This document shows positions 12,801 to 23,576 of a stretch of 64,000 nucleotides of DNA, one piece after another. Origin of the DNA: Macrostomum hystrix (Eukaryota > Animalia > Platyhelminthes); the NCBI GenBank assembly GCA_950097015.1, contig CATNEN010000007.1:7626001-7690000 (forward strand), in the 5' to 3' direction. The translations under genes were made by a program, and so were the position numbers. The first letter of the stretch is position 1. The number at the start of each line of letters is the position of its first letter. The notes under the pieces are model-generated. The model searched no databases. It saw only the letters and a list, made by a program, of their open reading frames with translations, and had not been told where the DNA came from.

Positions 12801-13414
12801 CTATGGGCACACACAATTCAGGCACGGCCAAGACTTGCGGAGGCTCGTGCAGACAAAGGCCAGCTTGGCAAAATACTGCAGGGCAAGAGGTGGAGAGAAC
12901 AAGGGGGAAATGGGGCAAGTCTTGCTTATGCGGGAGGCCGGAGCAGGCGACGCTGTAGCCATAGAAACAGTCTTACCGCTGTCATCAATATTGAGCTGTG
13001 AATCAGGTTTTCATAAAGCTGGTGAAAATCGCTAAAAGCTGAGAAGGACTCATAAAAAATAGCTTAAGAAGACACTCGCTTTGTGTCAGACAAGCCAGGA
13101 AAAATGGCCAGCAAACAAGACTCGCCAAGACTTCCAGGCGAGATAGCAATCAAAGCCGAGGCTCTTCGACTCATTCATTGCCGAGACAGTTGAGACAGCG
13201 CAGCTAAATTGGCGGAACAAAGCAGTCTATTGTCATCCGCTCTCACAGCTCACCTCCAGCCAGCCCTGACAGAAAACTGCTTTTTTTATTCCACTCCAAC
13301 AGCAGCAGTGGAAATCAATCAGCAGTTTTTTCATCGCGAGATTAACGATAAGAGGGGAAATGAGACAGATAATAACTATAAAGGCGCCAGAAGCTCATTG
13401 TCTTTTTATCAAGA

Positions 13415-13415
<1 letters not shown>

Positions 13416-13448
<33 letters not shown>
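13416..13448. repeat. (CTG)~11 microsatellite
   Basis: Direct reading. Confidence 0.9.
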
Positions 13449-15086
13449 AGGAAACTGCAGTCACCGCATGACTGTTTGCATCATCAGCTTGAGGCTGCCA
13501 CATTTTCCATATTTTCTCTTCTTTTTTTCCCAGCTAGGGATAATAATGGGCATAATGCAATTTACCCATCTATTCTTCTCTCCCCCACTGTATAGGCCAA
13601 AATCTAATCCAGAGCTACTCTTTGTAGTTGGCAAGTTTCCCAAACTCTACGTTGCCTTCTGAATAATAAAGATGGAATAAAGGCCTTCAAAAGAGAATTT
13701 GCATTCACGCAATGAAAAATTCAGAACCGTGACTGGCTGAAGGGGCTCAGCGGAAAAATCAATAATAACAATGGGACGCTGGGACGAGAGGGCACGAGTG
13801 AGTAAGCCTGCCTGCTTCATCCCTGTGTTACCATTCTCCTATTCTCTTTCTGTCTCACTCTCGCTCTCCCTTTCCCCCAAGCACCGGTACTCAGAAGAAA
13901 GCTACCGCTCAGCATTTTCTAGTTTTCTAAAATGAAGGCCATGAGCCAAGTGACAAGAAAGCGACCCGGCGCGCCGAAGCCTCGTGGAATAAAAATTAGC
14001 CAAAGCAGAGCATCATAGCAACTTAACAATGCGGTCACAAAATGCATAATAAAAACAACATTAAATGAGGAGACAACTTATCGAATTTCAGCGCATCGGT
14101 ACCGCGTCACCCACAATGGACCCGGCAACCGACTAGACTAGAAGAAAAAACCAAAAATCAAACATTTGAGCGAGAGTCTAACACTAAACTTATAGGAACC
14201 CCGATTCTGAATACTCCAACTGTTAGCAAAAAACACGGAAACTGCTGGCCAAAAGGCGAAGATCGCTACAGGTGTGCAGACCCCGTGGCTGTGGCATCTC
14301 ACACCTCCCTGTAATTTGACACCGGCGGCCTCGAACCTGTTCAGGGACTGCCTTCCGCCCTTCAAACTGCTTTCTCTGCCTCACTGCAGCCATGCAGCAG
14401 GTCCGGGAGAGAGCTCACAAGCGGCCACAGAAATGAATTACGCAAAATACAAAGCTGCAACCTGACTCGGAAAATAATGAAACAGTAAATTATCATAATT
14501 ATTAGTTCTCAAAAGGTAATAAAATAGTTTTCATTGCAGCAAAAGTTTCACAAATTTGTTATTCCGCAGCACTAATATAAGTCTGTTCAACTGGCCCTTT
14601 AGTACTACTGGGCCTGCAGTATTGGCCATATTTTCCTACCCGCACCTTCTTTCTCCCACTTGTGCCGATTCGATAAAAAAATTAAGCCCAGCCTTTACCG
14701 ACAGTCAGGAAATCCCTTCCTCGCGACTAGCCCTCACCTGCCAACGCGCTCATTCTTCAACAACTTCGGCTTGGCCGGCTGGCAATCACCGACCAGCACG
14801 ACCTGCAATGCAGAACCTTTGAACAGCCGGACACAAGAGACGCTTGGGACGGTGCCCGTCAGCACAAGCCCCAGCTCAAGACTTTTTGTGCTCAGCGGAT
14901 ATTGGGCATCAGGGAGAGGGAGGCTGGGGTCAGGGGCGGAGAGAACCAACAATAAAAAGCTATAGTGAGCCCAAGAGGCCAAATCGACACCACACACGCG
15001 CGAACACAAGCCTAAAAGCAGCAGATGCATAAGAAAAGGATTGAGGCCTTACCTAAAAACTAACACAATGTTCATGGGGCCTAGAC

Positions 15087-15120
15087 CAGGGGTCGGCAAA
15101 CTTATATGCCTCGCGTGCCT
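15087..15120 (+). mobile_element. Orphan hAT (Charlie/MER20-type) terminal repeat CAGGGGTCGGCAAAC
   Basis: Typical hAT-Charlie terminus, preceded by GCCTAGAC (CTAGA-type target preference). I did not find the opposite end. Confidence 0.45.
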
Positions 15121-15149
15121 TAGACAGAATTCAAGAGGCGACAGATTGA

Positions 15150-16000
15150 CAGGGGAGAGATGAGGCAGGGAAGACATTAATCGGGAAAGAGATGAGACCG
15201 GGAAGAGATAAGACAGGTAGAGATGAGACAAGGGAGAGATGAGACAAATAGAGATGAGACAGGGGAGAGATGAGACAGGGAGAGATGAGACAAGGAGATG
15301 AGACAGGGGTGAGATGAGACAGGGAGAGATGAGACAGGGAGATGAGACAGGGAAGAGATGAGACAGGGAAGGGATAAGACAGGGAAGGGATAAGAAGGGG
15401 AAGAGATGAGACGGGGAAGAGATGAGACAGATAAGGGGTGAGACGGGGAAGAGGTGAGACGGGGAAGAGATGAGACGGGGAAGAGGTGAGACGGGGAAGA
15501 GATGAGACAGATAAGGGGTGAGACGGGGAAGAGGTGAGACGGGGAAGAGATGAGACAGATAAGAGGTGAGACGGGGAAGAGATGAGACGGGGAAGAGGTG
15601 AGACGGGGAAGAGATGAGACGGGGAAGAGGTGAGACGGGGAAGAGATGAGAAAGATAGGGGGTGAGAAGGGGAAGAGAGACAGATAAGGGGTGAGACGAT
15701 AAAGAGATTAGACAGATAAGGGGTGAGACGGGGAAGAGGTGAGACGGGGAAGAGATGAGACAGATAAGGGGTGAGACGGGGAAGAGATGAGACAGATAAG
15801 GGGTGAGACGGGGAAGAGGCGAGAAGGGGAAGAGATGAGACAGATAAGGGTGAGACGGGGAAGAGGTGAGACGGGGAAGAGATGAGACGGGGAAGAGGTG
15901 AGACGGAGAAGAGATGAGACAGATAAGGGGTGAGACGGGGAAGAGGTTAGACGGGGAAGAGATGAGACAGATAAGGGGTGAGACGGGAAGAGATGAGAGT
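15150..16000. repeat. Purine-rich degenerate 14-16-bp repeat (GGGGAAGAG[A/G]TGAGAC / AGATAAGGGGTGAGAC)
   Basis: About 850 bp of tandem variants with strong strand asymmetry. Confidence 0.95.
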
Positions 16001-17372
16001 GTTGTTTGATCGAAGGTGCCAAACTAGCAGACTGAGGAGCATTGCGGGCTGCATCTGGCCCATGGCATCAGGACATAGTTTGCGGAGGCCCAGATTACAC
16101 GAAGGAATTCTAGATAGCAATGATTTTATTTTCATACCTAACGGATACTGTCTGTCAGGTTTTACTGCCAAACTGAAATATGAAGTATTGAAGCTATGAA
16201 TGCTATTTTTAATTGGACAACCGGACAGTAATTAATAAGCACGAAAACGCATTCTCCGTAGCTTGGCACACAGATTGGCCACTCAGAGACACACAGGCGA
16301 GCACAGACACGCAAAGCTTCGCCATGGAGACAAAACTCAAGAACACACACAAGCAGGCTCCGGCAAGTTAGTGCCTGCCTTCTGTACTCAAAACATGCCT
16401 CAAAGCTAAGCCGAGAAATCAACAAGGGCGTCCCAATTTGCGAGCCAATGAAACTCAAGCCCACCCTGAACACGGAACTCGCCGGGCCGGCGTGTTGCGC
16501 AAGCAGCCAGACAGCCCAAACAATTGCGCATAGAACAATCCTATCAATTGAAATTTGACAGCCCATTTCCATTATGCGTAAGTTCCTGCCTGTCTGCATT
16601 TTGCAGCCTAAACTGAAGCATTAGATTTGTTTGAGCGATTGTATAAACAAAAGCCTATTTGATTTCATCACGGGAAAAAGTCAGGACCTAAAATTAGCTA
16701 ACAAATAGCATTACCTGACATCTACAGCGGAATGTATTGGATTGCCTAACACAAGTTAACTACAAATGTATTTTATCAAATAAGAGACAACGAAAAAACG
16801 AACGACTTTCTTAGAAATAAAAATAACTAGTTTTCACTCAGATCCAATTTAATTTTGCGCGAATTGTTTTGTAGTCTAAACTAAACGGTAAGGAATACTT
16901 GACGCCTTACCTCTCTTTAAGCATGATTACCGTCACAACCCCGCAGGCAAACAACAGCAAACAGAATTCAGGCTGCATAACACACTGCTGAAAGTAGACT
17001 GCATGAAAACTTGTGCCTGTTTTTGTGCTTTTGAAGCAAACAACAAGAATTGGGCATCAAAAGGTGACTACTTAATTCGCGCAAACAAAAATACAAAAAA
17101 CGACAAGAGCCTCACCGATCAAATGCCTAGATTGAAAATAGGATGAAATCTCACCTAACTCTGCAAGGTGACACGGGGAGGCGGGCTAGACCAGACCGGG
17201 CTGCGGAGGGTAGCCACCAAAAGACTACTTAGTCTAGGAGAATGATAATTATTCTATGGAGAAATTTAGATTAAAAAAACGTTTTATTTCTACTTCAAGT
17301 AGTGCAGTTTGAACGCACATTTCTATGGAATATAATAACTTTTGGATGATGGGGCAGAGCAAAGGACACCAG

Positions 17373-19791
17373 CTAACGCACGAGACGAGCGATATTTTGT
17401 CTATGCCGAGCCTCCAACTCAGCGTCTGCAGCTGCCGAGTCCATCTCCAGGTAGTGCAGCGGCAGGCTCTCAGTCAGCCAGCTCTGCATGGAGCCGCAGT
17501 AGCCGTGGCCTGCTGTCTCGCCGGCGTAGAGCATCGGCAGCAGGTGCTGCTGGAAGAAGGCCTGCCGCTCCTTGTCGAACTTGGCCCAGTCCAGAGTCGG
17601 ATAGCCCAGCTTGGCAGCGTAATGCCGATTGTAGTCCGCGTAGTTCAGGTCCCACAGCAGCAGGCCGAGGCCGGGTGCGCGCGGCAGGCACAGCCGACGG
17701 CTGGCGGCGAAGGCGGCGGGCTCGTAGTGGCCTCTGAAGTCCAGTGGATGAGTGCAAAAACAAAGTAGATCATGAGGAAATGACGATTAAGCATCAAAAC
17801 GATTAAAGGAATAAGTAAAATTTGTGTACTACCTGACAACGGCAATGCAAAGGCCGATCATTTTGCGAATCTGATGCCGCATGAAGCTCTGACCGACAAT
17901 TCGAATCGTTACAAACTCCAGGCCGCAGTATAGGAATGGCTCACCAACTGAGCAGTCCGTTATGTACCTGTTTGTGCGGGCAACAGAATCAAATATAAAA
18001 CATATTATATACTAAAATGAAAATCTTGCTTGTCATTACTAACTATAATTTAATACAAAGACAACTATAAATACTCTGTACAAACTAATTACTATACCCT
18101 GTACTTAAACACAAAGACTGCGATCCCTGTACTTTAACACAAAGACTACTATCCACTGTACTTTAACACAAAGACTACTATCCCCTGTACTTTAACACAA
18201 AGACTACTATCCACTGTACTTGAACACAAAGACTACTATCCCCTGTACTTGAACACAAAGACTACTATCCCCTGTACTTTAACACAAAGACTACTATCCC
18301 CTGTACTTTAACACAAAGACTACTATCCACTGTACTTTAACACAAAGACTACTATCCACTGTACTTGAACACAAAGACTACTATCCACTGTACTTTAACA
18401 CAAAGACTACTATCCCCTGTACTTTAACACAAAGACTACTATCCCCTGTACTTTAACACAAAGACTACTATCCCCTGTACTTTAACACAAAGACTACTAT
18501 CCCCTGTACTTTAACACAAAGACTTTTATACCTTTAAACATGAATTCCTATAATGCCTATCCTTTGTAATTAAAAAATTCAATTAATATTCCCTGTGCTT
18601 TAAACAATGACTATCATTAACTGTACTTTAAAGCATTGACTACTATCTTTTGTACTTCAACACAATGATTATAATTAACTTTACTTGAAAAAACAGTACT
18701 TTAATACTGTACTTTAACGACTACCTCCAGCTATACTTTTTTTCTAATGACTAGCCTGCCCTGTACTTCAACGCAATGACTACGCCACCCCAGATCTCCA
18801 ACCCGTAGTTGCTGTCAATCTGCACAGAGCAGTCGTCACCTGGCACAGGAGGGGTCGTCGGGCAGACGGCCGGCAGTGAAGTTGAAGTAGTTTCTGGTGC
18901 CGGGAAACCGGGACAGGCACCAGCTGAGCTGCCTCAGTCGGCTGGGCTCGATGCGGTAGGCGGATGCCGAGGGCAGCGGGTGGGCGCAGAAGGCGTAATG
19001 TCGGACAGATGTAGGCGTAGGTTCGATTCAGCACCCGATGTCGCCCAATGAAGCGTTTGGTGACGCGGACAGCGTCTAGTACGCGGAAGCCGGGCGGCAA
19101 GCGGCTGTTAAGGTCGCGCGTCAGCGCACTCCGGTCCCGAGGCAGGTCCAGGGTGAGCGTCACCAGCTGGCGAGGGAAAGGCAAAAATGCGAAAATACTT
19201 ATTTATCCGCTTGAGTGGCTACTACTGTAAGTAATAATACTAATTTATTCAGCCATATACAAAAACAATATTAATATGAAAAATGACTACAGGTGTCTAA
19301 AGTACCGTTTGGGCAGGTTCATACTTTACGGACAGAAGAAACGGATGCGGTGCAGAAAAATTGCATAAATTAATAATCAACTACTTGGCTAACTAACCAA
19401 CAGTGACAGCAAGCCTAAGGACAGGAACTCTTAAGGCTCAATACTTTGTCCTAGGCTCATTATTCCCCCTGCCCACCTGAGCAAGTGCCGACACGCCCTT
19501 GTCAGTCCTTGAGGCGCTGCTGAAATCGAGTTTAGCCCGCGGCGCCGCCCGCTCGGCTTCGCTGATGTGCCCGCCGGCCAGCAGGCAGTCCAGCAGGGCG
19601 TCCTCGACAGTTGGCAGGCGCCGATCCGGCTGTCGCTGCATGCCGCAATAATCCGCTCCAGAGTACATCAGCATCAGGGCGGCGCGGCGAGGCAAAGGCG
19701 GCTTTGATAGCGGCGGATTTGGGCGAGGCGGGCGCCGGCCCGGCAGATGCGACAGAATGAACTTGCCGAGCCAGCGCGCCAGACTGGCCAT
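17373..19791 (-). CDS. PUS1: tRNA pseudouridine synthase PUS1-like (TruA family), probable mitochondrial presequence; exons 19791-19477, 19166-18840, 17967-17833, 17733-17373; apparent +1 frameshift at ~18997
   Basis: Motifs YSGADYCGMQRQ, RTDKGVSALAQ (catalytic Asp present), RTYAYICPT/YAF, GTRNYFNFT, GQSFMRHQIRKMIG, PRAPGLGLLL. All introns are GT-AG and phase-compatible once one base in exon 2 is removed. AATAAA (minus) at ~17283. Confidence 0.9.
18090..18535. repeat. 29-bp intronic minisatellite (CTGTACTT[T/G]AACACAAAGACTACTATCC[C/A]) x~15 in PUS1 intron 2
   Basis: Tandem units, degenerating out to ~18780. Confidence 0.95.
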
Positions 19792-19942
19792 GGAGCGATG
19801 GCGCGGCGGCAATGAGGGGTAAAGCTCGGAGAGATGGGATGGAGAATGGGAAGATGCAAACAAATGACAGAAAACAAGTCAAAGCAAGGAGTGAGCAGCA
19901 ATGGGTGAAAAAGAGAGCAAGAAGGTCTGGCAGGCTGGTGGA

Positions 19943-20203
19943 TCAGCGCAGACCCGCCTGTCGCTCAATTTCGCTCTTCTCCATCATGGCAGCTTCAAGT
20001 TCGCGCTTCTGCGCTTCAATCATGGGCTTGCGGTTAGTCTGGTAGTTGGCGTAGCTTGAGGCCATGTTAAATAGCAGCACGCAGCTGTAGGTGAAGCAGG
20101 CGCAGGCGAAGGCGGTGACGCCGTAGTTCAGTACTTTCTTCAGCCGGTTGGGAGTGTAGGCCTGCTTGCCAATGTTCTGCAGCAGGGAGCTGCTCAGGCG
20201 CAT
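19943..20203 (-). CDS. 86-aa single-pass membrane microprotein, tentatively COX14-like mitochondrial assembly factor
   Basis: MRLSSSLLQNIGKQAYTPNRLKKVLNYGVTAFACACFTYSCVLLFNMASSYANYQTNRKPMIEAQKRELEAAMMEKSEIERQAGLR. Basic N-terminus, one hydrophobic helix, charged helical tail, GC3-rich codons, TTCAG acceptor 11 nt before the ATG. The family call is from recall only. Confidence 0.65.
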   Translation of the reverse strand: MRLSSSLLQNIGKQAYTPNRLKKVLNYGVTAFACACFTYSCVLLFNMASSYANYQTNRKPMIEAQKRELEAAMMEKSEIERQAGLR

Positions 20204-23200
20204 TGTGTGTTGGACTGAAGTGAGTTGGGTATAATGAGGGAACTCTGTAAGCAAATATGGTTCTCATGGTACTATTAGCAAACATTCATAAAGGAGTTTA
20301 TGTAGGGGACATTATAAAGGAAGATTATTTGCTAAAGGTTAGATAATAAACGCATTAGAAAGGAAACATGCTAAAGGCAAGTCGGTTGTAGTGATTTTCT
20401 ATTCAAGATTTCAAGATATCGGCTAAAAAATACAAATTTACTAAAATGGTATAAACAAGATACAGGAGGACAGGGTCACTCTGCACATAGCATTGGCCTA
20501 AGCTAGAATAAGAAGGCCTAATTGTGACCCAACATAATGGTGTTTGATTAGCAAAAAACTATAGCATTCTACACTACATGTTGGTTTGTTCATACTTCTA
20601 AAACACTTTTTTTAACTAAACTGTTCCATAGACAATTCCTCTGTTAATGTACATTTTCTGATAGCAATCTGATAAGGTACATAAAAATACTACTGAAACG
20701 TACTTGTCTGAAACTATTTATTCCAAAAAAGATATTTTTTTGAACAAACCACATCATTTGAAATGTTGTGAATGCTGCAGCTGCAGTCAGAGAGGAGGCA
20801 AAACTAAGTTGCAGAAGAAAAAATGTCAGTCACAGATTTAAGAATCATCTGTGCTCCTTGACTTCTTCTCTTCTCTTCTACTCTCCCTATGCTTTTCTTC
20901 TTTTCTTTAATCTCTGTCTCTTCTAATATCTGTTTTCCTTCTCTTCTGCACTCCTGTATTATTTCTCATCTCTCTCTGCTTTTCTTCTCTTTTGGGGAAA
21001 AACAAAGTTGCTGACAAAGGAAAAAGTCATGAATGAGAGAAGGCAATGTTGCAGATAAGAGAAAACTAAGTTATTAATAAGAATAAAATACTAACCCAGA
21101 AAGTTTGCTAACCTCCCAATATACATTAACTGTTCTCTAGTCCCTTTTAGCAGACATCCCTCTAAGGCATCCATTTCCCCAAAGCTGGAATATTCTGTCA
21201 ATATGCTCAATGTTCACTAAATTCTCAAATCAATGCATTGTCTATAGCTTTGACATGCATGTAACTTTGTCATTGTGACTTCTTTGAAAATTTCAAGTTT
21301 CTATTTTCAATGAAAACCACACCACCAAGTGTTTCAAATCCTTGCATTTATAATGAAACTTGTATTTATTCCAATCAAACAAATCTGCCACAAAGTATGT
21401 CACCTTTTTTGTTTGAATGGCTGGCTGAGATTCTGGAGGTTCTGGAGGTTGTACAGTATGAGTCTTAGACTCTTAGTGCTGGTACAGTACAGTGTTAAGC
21501 AATTTCCTAGATTTTCTTGAAGAAATATTTTAATGTTATATATTTTTTGTACACTAAGCAATTAGTAAGATTTAAGATTGAGGAATAGTGTGTAGAGTGC
21601 TACTAAGTATTAAGCTGTGTAAGCTGATTATTAAGTCAGGTAGTTTTTATTAGGTATAGTAAAATACAGATTAGATGACATAATAAATGGTAATCTAGTA
21701 GAGGATGCCACAAATCTGCTCTCTGGGTGGAGGCAACACCAGAGGTACTCCTCAAATTGGCTATTAGAATATAATAATAATCTGCTTACATTACTCAATT
21801 TGTATTATTATTATTATAAATAGCTTATATTACTTAATGACAGGTCAGTTAATATGTTTGTCTCTTGCACCACAGTACCTAAGTAAGTTCAACTCCACAG
21901 TGAGGCCACATTTATTTGGAGCGCAGCCACAGAGAGAAGGCTTTGGGGACTTGTCATGCAATTTACTCCCATGAGGACCAACCCCTAAGGCACAGTAAAG
22001 TGCATACTGCCTGACAATCAAAAAGTCAGGGCAGATGTACACACATGTGAGCATAGGGCCTATGCCTGCGTACAGTATCTGTGTAGGAGTCAGCAAAATA
22101 TGCAGAATTGCTTCCACACTGGCTGGAGGTCTAGTGTCACCAAATGATGTGTTATTGCCAACAGCCCTTCTGCAACAATTATTATTATTATTATTAGCTA
22201 CTACTTTGTAATACTCTGCAAGATATCCTAAATCTTTCAACTGAGTATTCAAAGAATACAAACCCCATAAAAAATGTTATGCGAGGAAATATTGAAAATT
22301 GGCCAGTGTTGCTGCTGCATGTTGGACCATTTTATCTATGATATCTTTGTAAATATTTTAGCATTATAACTCAAGGATTTAAAAAATTAACAAAAAGTCT
22401 CAAGGACTTATATTTTGTTGTAGACTTAAAGATAGGTGTAAATCAATATAAAAAAGTGTTTTATCAAACAAAAATATTCGAACTTGTTAATTTTTCAAAA
22501 TATGTTGTACTGGCATTCATAATAAGAAACGAAGTGCGACATGTGAAATTTCTTTCAGCCAAATAATTCTTATATGAGAAAGTATTATAACACCCTGAAA
22601 CTAGATTGAAGCAGCTTATTTTAATGCTTTAAAACAATGGACTAAAATTATTTATGAAAAAAGTAAAATGCCGTAGTCAAGATTTTAATTTTAAACTGAC
22701 TTCCAAGAAACGGAATTGTTAAAACTAACGCACCTTTACGAACCCTACAATATTTATTACTATTAAATGAAGATTATAAGCTTTTTACGATTACTGTTGC
22801 GTTTTTCACAATGCTACAAGAAGAAAACATTTATCATTATGACATCATTACCTTTTTTGTGGAATTAATTCCATTTCGTCGCACGTGCTTCATTTGCAAT
22901 TTTCGTGTTTAAAAAACCAATAATTACAGACAGCTTGATTAATACAACGGGGCGAACTGACGGTTTAATATTTAACACTTTAAATAGTTTTTTGCAAAGG
23001 CAAAAACCTGTGGTAGAGAGAGAGATAGGCTGTTGTAAATGGCAGACATCCAAAAAATATATACTTTTGATGGAAAAGGAAAAGGACGCCCCAAAATATG
23101 TACTTTTGTTTGAAAAGGACAATCGAAATCGAACAAGAGTGCAGTTGCTATAAAATGAGGCTAATTAAACAGCTTTCGTGGAAGCAAGTGTTATTTTCGC

Positions 23201-23576
23201 AATGACTATACTCGTTTTCTAGATGTCTTTGTTATAGCGTCGAGATAAAACTTTAAGTTCAAATTTTTTGTGTGAGTATTTTTTCAGCAGCAAGAAAGTT
23301 ATTATTAAGCTTTGCATTTTACTCTCTTTTTGTTTTATTTAGCAGAATACGAATTCTTAATGATGAATAGTCAAACATAGCGAAAAAATACTTTCGTACA
23401 GAGAAATTTAGGCGGGCGCGCTCGCATTTCGAAGGGGGTCAATCAGCTTTTGGGAAGAGATTAAGATTAAATTCATCAGCAGAATTACTTCATGCGCCTA
23501 CTGCACAGCTCATCGCCTATTGCCTTTATTGTTCATGAGTTGAGTGAAAAATTTACTTGCATGGCACGAATCAACA

